A model generated the notes under the pieces. It worked only from the letters and a program-made list of their open reading frames with translations. It searched no databases and was not told the origin of the DNA. Source: Strigamia acuminata (taxonomy: Eukaryota). From it: a DNA stretch of 64,000 nucleotides. Positions 45,103-56,900 of the stretch are shown here, one piece after another. The translations under genes and the position numbers were made by a program. Location: positions 3,906,001 to 3,970,000 of the forward strand of contig OX442314.1 in the NCBI GenBank assembly GCA_949358305.1, given 5' to 3'. Every line of letters begins with the position of its first letter. The first letter of the stretch is position 1.

Positions 45103-47617
45103 ATGATGGATACGATAAAATCAATTTTGGAACTGTTGCCGGACGCCGATCGCGACTATTTGCGGAGTTTTGTCAAGAGATACGCGGAAGATGTGAATTT
45201 CTTAAATGCGACTGTTTTTGAGTGGTTTGAGAGTGGCAGTTATCCTAAGGCGGCGACCAAACAAAAATTTATGAAAAAGTTTATATATTTTACTTTTTTT
45301 ATATTAATTTTGTAGTGTTTTTTTATGATGTTATAAGATTTTTCATCTTTTTTTATAATTTTTTATTTTTTTCATAATTTTTCATTTTTTTCATAATTTT
45401 TCATTGTTTTCATAATTTTTTATTTTTTTCATAATTTTTTATTTTTTACATAATTTTTCATTTTATTCATCATTTTTCATTTTATTCATAATTTTTCATT
45501 TTTAGTTTAAAGTTGTAGAAGTGATGTTTAGAAATTAGACTTCTAAACCTGATGTTTAGAAAGTCTGTTAAAATGGTCATGACCGTCTATCTGTCTGTCT
45601 GTCAGTCTTAATGTCTGTGCACTCACGGCTTCATTTCACTATGACGTCATTGCCGGAAAAAAATGCTAAATTACGGCAAAATTTTGACGAACCGGAGCGC
45701 CACCTGGCGGATTCCGTTTGATACAATGGATGCTGAAATGTTCGTCTCGATATGTTTTTTGATGTTTACTGTATCGAAATGAGACCCAAAAATTCTGGAA
45801 TTTATGCAAAATTTGGATTCGACCAAGAAAAAACCCAATATTTTGAAAAAAGAACCAATTAGAAGGTTTAAACAAAGTTTCTTGTGTAGATTTTGCCGCT
45901 GAAAACGATGGTGCTAATAATTTTTTGATCTGATTAATGGTTGACTTTTTATTAGCAAAAATCGATCTTATTTGTTTGATTTTATTTTGGTGTTTAATTT
46001 AGGGACAGACGGACAGATATATTTCTATACAGAAAAGTGTAGAAGGGGTCTAGAAGTCTAATATGTAATGCTTCCATGCATTACAGATATTTACTTGTTT
46101 TTTCCAAATTTTTCAATTTTTTTTCTGATTTTTCAATTTTTTTTTTATTTTTTATAATTTATCTGATCTTTCATGATTTTTTCTGAATTATTTTTCTGAT
46201 TTTTCATAATTTTATCTGAATTATTTTTCTGATTTTTCATAATTTTATCTGAATTATTTTTCTGATTTTTCATAATTTTATCTGAATTATTTTTCTGATT
46301 TTTCATAATTTTATCTGATTTCTTTCCATGATTTTTCCATGATTTTTTTGAATTGCAGCGACTACAGCGTCGAATTGATGACGTGCGATTGCTGTTGCGA
46401 AGATCAACTGCATCAAGAGGAAATGCTGAAGTGCAGGGTCGGACACTCCTTTTGTAGAACGTGCATCCGGCGCCAGGCCGAGGTGCACATCGGCCAGGAC
46501 AAGTTCCAATTCCCATGCCTGGACGGGAACTGCGAGACCGAGTTCTCGCTGACGACGCTGACGAAAGTTTTAGCGCCAAACGTGATGTCGATCGTGATGC
46601 GCAAGATGCAGGACGAGGAAATCCGGCGCGCGGACATCGCGGACCTCGAGTCGTGCCCGCATTGCTCGTTCTGCGCCATCATGCCGGACGCGAACGTGAC
46701 GATCTTTCGGTGCTTCAACCCGGAATGTTTGAAAGTCACGTGCAGGTGAAAAAATAGAAAATATTAAAAAAAAAAAAAATTTTTTCAAATTTTTTTCTGA
46801 TGAAGGCTTTGCAAGGAAGCCAACCACATTCCGCTGCGCTGCGACGAGATCGAGAAGAAGTCCGAGGTGCGCTTCCGAACGCACATCGAGGACAGGATGA
46901 CAGAGGCGCTGCTGCGCACGTGTCCTCGGTGCAAGAGGTGCATCATCAAAGAGGAAGGGTGCAACATGATGACGTGCACGTGCGGCCAGACGTTCTGCTA
47001 CGTGTGTCGCGAACCTGTCGTCAGCTACAAGCATTTCGAGAACGGGAGGCGAGTTGATTAAGCATTATGACCAGGAGGAAAATATTATTTTCGGCCAAAA
47101 TATTCAATTTTAAGCTAAAAAATTCAATTTTAAGCTAAAAAATTCAATTTTAAGCTAAAAAAAATCAATTTTAAACAAAAAAAATAAATTTTAGTCCAAA
47201 AATCCAATTTCAGGCCAAAAATCCAATTTTAGGCCTAAAAAAATTCAATTTTCCAAAAATCCAATTTTAGACCAAAGAAATTCAATTTTCCAAAAATCCA
47301 ATTTTCGACATAAATGAACATACTAATTATAATTACATTTGAACGCAGGTGTCCTCAAGTTTCGAACAGCGAAGAAATGCATCGGCTGGAGGTGCAGGAG
47401 GGCGCCAAGAAGGCGAAGGAAGAGTATGCAGCAACTCATCCGGAAGTGCGACTGAAGCACGACCCAAGCAAGGCCGTGCAGAGGCGGCAGCAGCTGAACG
47501 CGCAGGGCGCAATGCCCAATTTGGTTGGTCTCCAAATTGATTTAACATTAGTGATTTTATCTTTATTAATTATCCTTACTTATTTATGTTATCTATAAGC
47601 AACCAGATGGCAACTAA
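45103..47617 (+). CDS. RBR E3 ubiquitin ligase, RNF216/TRIAD3-like, compact
   Basis: LLPDADRDYL motif; RING1 CDCC...C..GH.FCRTC...C....C; IBR CPHC...CFNPEC...CRLC...H....C; RING2 CPRC...KEEGCNMMTCTCGQTFCYVC. The exon-1 donor and final exon are uncertain (alternative stop at 47598). Confidence 0.85.
45535..46100 (+). mobile_element. Helentron-associated element (HINE/DINE-1-like)
   Basis: SubTIRs TTAGACTTCTA / TAGAAGTCTAA (46051), adjacent IR, (CTGT)n microsatellite, 3' stem-loop TGTAATGC-ttccat-GCATTACA, T-rich end. Confidence 0.75.
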
Positions 47618-49790
47618 GTATTGTTTACTTCTTGTATCCATGATGTTCGAGTGTAACACAATGGAATGAATTGTGCCATACAGTTTTGCCTTTCTACAAC
47701 CACAGCCTTTTTTGTTTGCATAAACAATTTGTAAAATAAGGAAAAATTAAGGATGACTCATATTGTTAACTGTTTAAAAATTTATAAATATTTAATTATA
47801 ATGATTTTGATATTAAATGAGTTTGAAGTGTTTTTTATGAAATATTTACTAAGTTTTGTGATATATTTACTAATAATTGTTGATTATATAATAGAATTAT
47901 TGAGAATTTTGATGATTAATTTTGTAAAAACTATTTTAATAATTTGGCAAATTAATCATTGATTTTGATTTCAGATAGATGAAGTATTTACTGTTTATAG
48001 TGTTTGTGTTATAAGTGAAAGTTGTGACGAGACAGACCCTCATCAGATCTTTCTAACAATTTTATATTGTCTAATAAATACTCTGAGTGCATTATTATTA
48101 CTAGGACTGCAAAAAAAATGATTTTGAGTTCGAATCAGCTCATGTGGGGGCTGATCGAATACTTTTTGCCAGGGGTTGTAAGTGCCAGACATCAGCAACA
48201 TCAACAGCGGGTTCAAATCGTGTTTGACGCATTACGCGATATCGTATGCCGCATATCGAGCACCGAAGACGGCATTAATTCCCGCCGATTACCGTACGAA
48301 CAAAATTGTTATGGTTCATCGCGAGCAACAACCCAGTTTATAGGTGAATTTTTGGCCACGCGTTGTTTTACGAGTGTCAAATCTTTTGCTGCGATGACAA
48401 CACTCGTTCATTGGATATTAAAAGTAAAAGGAAAAAACAGAAAAAAATCCCAAAAAAGTTAAGTTGATTCACGACTTTTGGAGATCAGACAATATTTTCA
48501 AACCTTTTCATTGCCCCGTTTTTTTTTTTTTATTTTTACCTTTTTTGTATTTTTTTCAATTACCATGTTTACATGTACCGTACCGTACCGCAACCATAAA
48601 TGCACATTATAGGCGCAAAAATGTGTACAATAAGTCATTTGTCCAGATAACTGGGTACGGTATTAAAAGATAGACTGGGCAAATAATGATGTCATTGAAG
48701 CTCGAAGTTCTTTATGCCTTCTTGTGGACAAACTTAAAACACCTGTACTGCAGGGAAGATTATTTTGTCCAACGGTGTATCATGAAAACAGTTCATTATT
48801 TTTTAAATTGTACTGTACTAGCACAACACTGCCCGTAATACCTACATCCCTGCTCGGCGATTCCAGTAGTCTCTTTCTCTGGCAACATCTTCATCGTTGT
48901 GTTGTGTATACCGAAAATCCTCTCATAGTGCGCGGGTCTCTATTAGTACGCGGGAAAAATTTAAACACCCACCACGCACTAGAGGCTTTACGGTACGTGA
49001 AAAGAAAAGAAAACATAAATAAAACGATATAACTTATATTCTAAATACTTTTTTGTTTCTTTTAATTCTTATCTCGTCTCTAAAATTTCATAACACAATA
49101 TATAATAATTCTCTCGACTTTTCTAAAGCATGGCATCAAATTGAACAAAATCGGGCGAATAACGGAAAAAAGGTGCAATTCTATGTACAAATACACGCGA
49201 TATTAACACCAGCGACGCCATTTTTATTCATTTATTTATTTATTTATTTATTTGCCTAAATAAAACGGTGATTGAAATAACAAGGCTTCAACGAGAGTAT
49301 TACCTAACAAAATGGAATGCAATCGAGCACACCGAGCCATGAAAAATTAAAACAAAAATTCCAAACTAAAAATTAAGGCACATCTTTTTTCATATTTTTT
49401 TTGTTTTGTTTTATCACAGCTCAAACGTCACGTCACGTAGTCACGCCGCTCTCGATAAAAATTGAAAAAAAAAAAAAAACCGTCTCAATTCCGTTTTATT
49501 CGTCTTGATAGCTGCATTTCCCTCAATTCAACGAAATCAGTTAATTTTTCCATCCTCCTAGCGGCGACGAGTAAAAACAAACAAACATGGCTGCTCAGGA
49601 AAACAATCTTTAGGATTTAGGCCTAAATTCCGCCATCCCGCTCAAATATCACACAATTTCTCTTAAAAAAATATTAAAAATCAATTTTTTCCCCTTCGCT
49701 TTATCCTTTTATTCAGATGTAAAAAAGAAAATTCGTTTCTTTCGTGATCGCCTGCAAATTGATTCCTCGTTCTGCCGCAGCACGGCGCCA

Positions 49791-52700
49791 CTACCTCGGC
49801 GCGCCGTTATTATTCACTTGCACATTATGCCGATACGTCCGCGGCGGCAATTGCGGGGTCGGGCCCACGGGACTCGTGGGACTCGGTCCGTTGTGAGAGC
49901 TCCGTCGCGGGACCACCAACGGCGGCGACGGAATCGGGGGCGGCATCAAAACGTTTCCGCTTCCGCTCATGTCGATCGACGAGTTTCTTCTGGGCAGGAG
50001 TATCGGTCTGCCGCCATCCCGCGCCATCAGATGATTGGCGCTCGACGACAGCACGCGCGGAAGGGTCCCTCCGCCGGCCAGGTCCCTTCGCGGGGGCAGC
50101 GGGGGCGGCGATGTGTCACGTGGCGGTAGTAATGGAGCGTCGGGCGCTTGCTTCTGCTTGGGCGACGTGTCTCCGATGGATGGGTCGCGAATTTTCCGCG
50201 GAGGTAACGGCGGCGGTAGCGGGTTTGGACTGATAATCATGGGTCCCGGAGATGTGGCTCCACCTGCTGAAACAATATTCAAGCGTTTATGAGTTTCGTA
50301 GTGAGTGGTGGGCTGTCTGGAGACAAGATTTTTCGCGTTTTTGTGTTCAAAAACACGATTTTTAAGCACAAAATGCATTTCTAGCAATTAAAAATGCATT
50401 TCTAGATCGAAAAATAAATTTCTAGCAATTAAAAATGAATTTCTGGGTCGAAAAATGAATTTCTAGGTCGAAAAATGTGATTTCTAGGTCGAAAAATGTG
50501 ATTTCTATGTAGAAAAATAAATTTCTAGGTCGAAAAATGAAATTCTAGGTTAGAAAAATGAATTTCTAGATTGAAAAATGAATTTCTAGGTCGAAAAATA
50601 AAATTCTAGGTTAGAAAAATGAATTTCTAGATTGAAAAATGAATTTCTAGGTCGAAAAATGTGATTTCTAGGTCGAAAAATGTGATTTCTAGGTCGAAAA
50701 ATGTGATTTCAAGGTCGAAAAATGTGATTTCTAGGTCGAAAAATGTGATTTCTATGCAGAAAAATGAATTTCTAGGTCGAAAAATAAAATTCTAGGTTAG
50801 AAAAATGAATTTCCAGGTTGAAAAATGAATTTCTAGGTCGAAAAATGAATTTCTAGCAATTAAAAATGCATTTCTAGGTCAAAAAATGTGATTTCTAGGT
50901 CAAAAATAAATTTCTAGATCAAAAAATAAATTTCTAGGTCGAAAAATGACTTTCTAGGTGGAAAAATAAATTTCTATCAATTAAAAATGCATTCTAGCAC
51001 TTAAAATTGCAATTGTTTCTCTAATTTTATTTTATTTTAAAAATGATTTTGATCCAGAAAAACATTTTTGTGCAGAAAAAAACGCATTTGTCATCAAAAA
51101 AGGTCATTTTATCTAGTTAAAAACACATTTTTTTCGCCTAAAATGCAATAATTGTATCCAAAAATACACTTTTCTCGTCTAAAAAGGACGATTATTGCAC
51201 TTAAAACGTTATTCATGCGACTAAACGTGCATTTGTCACTTAAAAAATGAAATAATTTGTCATTTGTGCGTTTTAAATTCAGTTATTTTGTGGCGCGACT
51301 GAGTGCGTTGAGCTTCTTACTTGGTGAAATAAGAACGTTGGCGAAAATCGAATTATCTACACTATTGATGGACGTTGCAGAGTGCGGAGGCGTCAGCGGA
51401 GTCGACGGTGTGGGCGGCGTGTGCAAAACACGAGGGGAATGCGGCTCCCTGTCGTCCGACGTGATGCGTGAATTTGTACGAAACAGTGTCGACGTCGATT
51501 CCATGCTCGGAAGCGGGCCCGGCACGATCCCCCGACCGGAAGCCCTCTGCTTGATTCCGGGGGACTTCAAATACGAATCGGGAAACCGACGCGGCTAAAA
51601 AAAATAGAATTAAAAAAAAAATAAAAAAATTAATAGAAATTTCAAAATTTCAAAAAAAACTCGAAATTTCGAAAAAAATTCAAAATTTCGAAAAAAAATT
51701 CGAAATTTCAAAATTTCGAAAAAATTTCAAAATTTCGAAAAAATTTCAAAATTTCAAAAATTACCAAAATAATTTTAAAAAAATCCATAAAAATCTTAAA
51801 ATAACCAAAATAATTCAAAAAAATCAAAAAACATCCAAAAATCCAAAATAATTGACAAAAGAAAACCAAATTTTGTTTTTTGGAATTTCTTGAAAAAAAA
51901 GACAAAAACATTTCACCTTACTCCGGCCCGCGCAGCAAGCGGGTCGTAAACTTGCGACGTATGCGCAGCACTTGCGGCCGTGGTCGGCACCGAGCCACGG
52001 CATCGCATCGCTCGATATCGGCAGCAAATTCCCCCGCCGACTGACGGAATCAAACGATCGCACACTGTCAGACTGTCACACCACTCGTCCACGTACGTCA
52101 ACTGACGTTTGTCAATCGCTTCGATCCGTGACGACCAGCAAACCCATTCACAACTTTCACTCAATGGAGACAGCGCGCAGCCAATCACAGCGCAGATCCG
52201 AGGACCCACCCACCAATCGCGGCCACACGAAATATCAATGAAAATGGGAAAGTTCAATCCGTTACTAACCAAAGGGAATTGACATTTACATTTGACGCCA
52301 TTTTTTAAATCCCAAAACCACAAAATCTTAAAATAAATAAATCTTACAAATTTGCTCGGTTGTTTGCAGTTTCGCGGTTCGATTTCCAACGATTTTCCGT
52401 ATAAATGGTCATTGAATTCCTTCTCGTTTCGGTCCTCCAGTGGATTTAAATTTTCAACAAATTTCTGTAATAAAAAACACATAAGAAAAAAAACATCGTC
52501 CAACAAACAATCCCGAAAACGTGGACGAGAAATCAATAAAACGTGGGCGAGCGGAAAAGAGCAAAAAAACGAACACGCCAAATTTTTTTTAAAAAAAACA
52601 AAACGTTCATTTCCACAATAAATCGAACCTAAATTTTCATTTAGAAGCTTCACGAATAAACTGAAGCTCAGTCCGAACATCTCTTCATCTTCTTTTAGAG

Positions 52701-53960
52701 TAATAAAATCTCAATTTCCGCCCCACCTGGAAAACCCGATCGATCATTCGTCCCGAAATCGATCACAAACGATGAGGGAGAAGAAAAAAAATCAAATCCA
52801 TCTTAATAAACATGTTATTCCGTCGAATTAACCTTTCAAACGTTTTAAAATTAGAATTTAAACAAATAAAAGGATATCTAAAAATAATCTTTCCGCTCAA
52901 CTCGACTCGCCGCGGCACGCAAATGATCTCCCAGCACACTTGTGCGGATTCACTCATCGATCAATTTTCCTGGTTTCTACTTTCTACTATTGATTTTACG
53001 ATTCGCAAAAGACGTTTATTCATCATTATTCATCCTTTTTTAAATTTTTACCACCAAAATAAACCTTGAGTAAACTATAACGAGTAAAAAAATTAATATC
53101 GATCAATAAATTCAATTTCCAATTCAAGACTGGAAATCGATAGAGTCGGCGGCCATTACCGTGCCAATAAGCGAAAAATTATTTTAAAAAACCTTCGAAA
53201 AAAGACTAGAAACGACTATTTCACATTTAAAAACTACGAATCGGTTCGAAAATTGCATCTTGTATTGATCCGAAACCCACGCAACGATCAGAATAGTTCG
53301 ACCAACGTCATTAACGACGTCACACATCTACGCGGCCATTTTTAACTCACCCGGATGTCTGCCTGAACACTCAAACAGTAGGGTTGGTTTTGGTATTGTT
53401 GAATCTCGCCAGTGATTTCAGCAACTTTGCGTCGTTTACTAAAATTGATAATCGTTCCTTCGGCATAATTTGGCAGGAAATCGGGATTTCCTTCTTCAAT
53501 GTGGAGGATATTTGTTAAGTACATTCCTAAAAATCCCAATTTCAACAAATTTCAACGACAAAAACCAAACAAAACAACGAAAATAAAAATATTTCTACCG
53601 AAAAAGGGTACGCAAGGAGGGTTGATGGATCGTAATTTTTCCTGATATTTCTTGTAATGGTCCGAATGGAGTTCTTTCGAATCTTCCAAAGCCTTGATCA
53701 ATTTATGACTGACACCCTGCGTCGAAAAACGGCATTAAAATGTAAAAATACGTACAAAAATACAAATAAACCGCACGTTAAAAGTGTGCTCTAGACGATA
53801 AACGGATGCTGAATTCATTGCACTAACAACTTCGAGGACCCCGTTGAAGTTATTGAGATCTTGAAGGACAATCATCACTTCGATTATTCGTGACACGACC
53901 GCCACTCGTTCTTCGTAGTTCTCCGTCTCGACCACCATCTTTTCCAGCCACAACGTGAAC

Positions 53961-53991
<31 letters not shown>

Positions 53992-56900
53992 AATTTATTT
54001 CACTAATTTTTAATAAATTTTAATCAATTAGAAACGATTTTTCATTTCTTTTCGCTTACGTTCGTCGAGTGGTGGATCATTTTGAGCAAATTGGGCGACG
54101 TTTTGTTCTTGTTTTTCTTCGTCCACACTGAGCCGACGAGTTCGGACGGTTTGACCGCGCGATATAAATCGAATTCGTGGAGTGTCAGTTGTCGTGCCAA
54201 CTCGATCGGGTGCAACTACAATATTTCATATCTTTTTTTTTAACAAATTCATTCATTTTTCTTTGCGTTTTACTGTGAGTAAATCGAATTTTTCGATGTT
54301 GCAGGCCAAATACCACTCGATTTTCGGCGGCGATCGTTCGTGGCAAATCGTGATTTCCCGTGAATCGTCGGAGCTCTCGCTCTGTTGAATTAATTAGTTT
54401 AATTTTGTGCAATTCGTTTGAATTTTATCTCGTTTACCCGCCGTTGGATGATTTTGGTGATCGAATCGGCCCATTTGCGCATTGATTTGCCTTTGATGTT
54501 GCCCAAAAACCACTGGAGGTTGTATAGTAGTTGCGGATCCCTTTCGAAGTCGTAGAAATGGTGGTCGACCCAATGCCGTAGAACGTTCAGAACCCTAAAA
54601 CAAATTTTTTTGAAAAAAACTCATGTATCCACTTTCGTGATCATTTTTTTGACAAATTTTTTAGAAAAGAAACCACTTTTATGATCATTTTTTGGCAAAT
54701 TTTGAACTTTCTTTAATTAAGTTTAAAGTTTTGACGCTTTTGTTGATAAATTTCGAAATTTAAGACATTTCTTCCTAAGTTTTAAGATAAATTTCGAAAT
54801 TTCGTCCATATTTTTTTTATAAATTTCGAAATTTCGTCCATATTTTTTTTTTTTATAAATTTTGAAATTTCGTCCATATATTTTTTTTATAAATTTCGAA
54901 ATTTCGTCCATATTTTTTTTGATAAATTTCGAAATTTCGTCCACATTTTTTATAAATTTCGTCCATATATTTTTTTTATAAATTTTGAAATTTCGTCCAT
55001 ATTTTTTTTTTATAAATTTCGAAATTTCGTCCATATTTTTTTTATAAATTACGAAATTTCGCCTGTATTTAAGGTAAATTTCATAGCATTTCAAAAAAAT
55101 GTAGACATTTTTTTGATAAATGTCAAAACTTCCAACATGCATTTGATAAATTAAAAAATTTAAGCCTATTTAAAACTTTTAGATCAATCTAGCAATTTCA
55201 AGACAATTTCGAAAATTTTTCACACAATTCCCAACATTCCTAGACGATTTCTACTAAATTTACAAATTTCTTAACATTTCCAAACATCAACTCCCCGCAT
55301 ACCGAAATTGCACAGGTTGACTATACTCGATCCGAAACTTCTTCAAATCCTCGCGAATCGTATTCTTAAGATTCTCCTGCTCGATTATATTCAAATCGTC
55401 TTCCACCACAATCAACGACGGCGGCTCCCTAATATTAAACGTAAACGCAGCAAATTAAGGAAAACACTCGTCCCAAATCGATATGTAGGCAGAAATGTAG
55501 CTGCAACGCTTGTATCTACTAGCAATTCAACTGTTCTTTCCGTCAAACTTGCTCTCGGAGGTTTGTATCAACTTTTGCTCAAATCTACAAGCAAAAGCCT
55601 TCTTTTCCCTCCATTTTCAATCGGATTCGTGTGCAATATTGCGATATATCGCTGTGCGATTATTATGTAGACCAGAGTTTGTTTACCCGCTTTTTTAATT
55701 CCCGGTTCCCGGTACCAAAATGTCCGGTACTCCCGAAAAATCGGTATTCCCGAGACTAAAAAAGATCAGTTATTTCTCAATGTAAAAATGGCGTTTTTCG
55801 TCAAAAATGGCGTTTTTCGTCAAAAATGGCGTTTTTCGTCAAAAATGGCGTTTTTCGTCAAAAATGGTCGTTTTTCGCCATTTCTCAATGTAAAAATGGC
55901 CGTTGTCGATCAAAAATGGCCGTTTTTTGCCATTTCTCAATCTAAAAATGGCCGGTTGTCGTCAACAATGGCCGTTTTTCGTCAAAAATGGCCGTTTTTT
56001 GCCATTTCTCAATCTAAAAATGGCCGGTTTTCGTCAACAATGGCCGTTTTTCGCCATTTCTCAATGTAAAAATGGCCGTTGTCGATCAAAAATGGCCGTT
56101 TTTCGCCATTTCTCAATGTAAAAATGGCCCCCTTTTTTCAAAAATGGCCGTTTTTCGTCACCGAAACAAAATGTAACGTTTCAATGATGTTTTGACAATT
56201 TTGGACGGAACCGGTAATTTTTTCAAATTTCCCTGTTCCCGATTCTGTGACGTTTCATCCGGATTCCCAGGAAATCGGTACCCTGGTTTCGCGGTACCGA
56301 AACCCTAATGTAAACCATCGATTATCGGAACACTGGTTTTACAGTTTTTGATAATTTTTAATCGATTTTTTGCGATATAATCGCACAGGCAAATAATTTG
56401 ACCAATTAAATCAAAGGATATCTTTCGATGAGCAAATCCATGAGTTCCTGCGGCTGACAGAACGAGCGGAACGTGGTGAGGAATGTGCGGACAAACATGG
56501 GGTCGGCGTACATGTGAAAAGTGAGGCGTTCTACTAGTTTGAGCAAAGTGGCTCCTTTGATTAACGGCACGCCGACCGATAGTTCTTTGTCTTCGAGCAC
56601 GATGTTGATTTCGGAGTCCTCCTCGGCGAACCGGTAGATTTCGGGCGGTGGCAACCTCAGCGGGTGTTTTTTCTCTTCCTCGGCCAAACTACTGTCCAAA
56701 GTGCGTTCCAACATGCTGGAAAATTCAACAAAATCGGGTTAAAAATCGAGAAAAAACCGCAAAACTAAGAAAAAATCGATTTCCCATCAAAAATAAAAAT
56801 TGGATCAAAAAATCGTGACAAAAGTCGCAAAAATATAAATAAAAAAAATAGAAAAAAAAATATCGGAAAAATATTTTTTTATAAGTTAAAAAATGGAAAA

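Larger units (their letters stand above)
55441..56421 (-). other. U12-type AT-AC intron of Sos
   Basis: AG|ATATCCTTT donor, TTCCTTAAT branch site (55462-55454), TTTAC acceptor; splicing gives the in-frame LLIERFNIREP. Confidence 0.93.

Noticed and set aside
52869..52877. Second ATATCCTTT U12-like donor in a Sos intron
   Set aside because: Lies inside a normal GT-AG intron with no matching branch site or AC end; expected by chance in AT-rich DNA.
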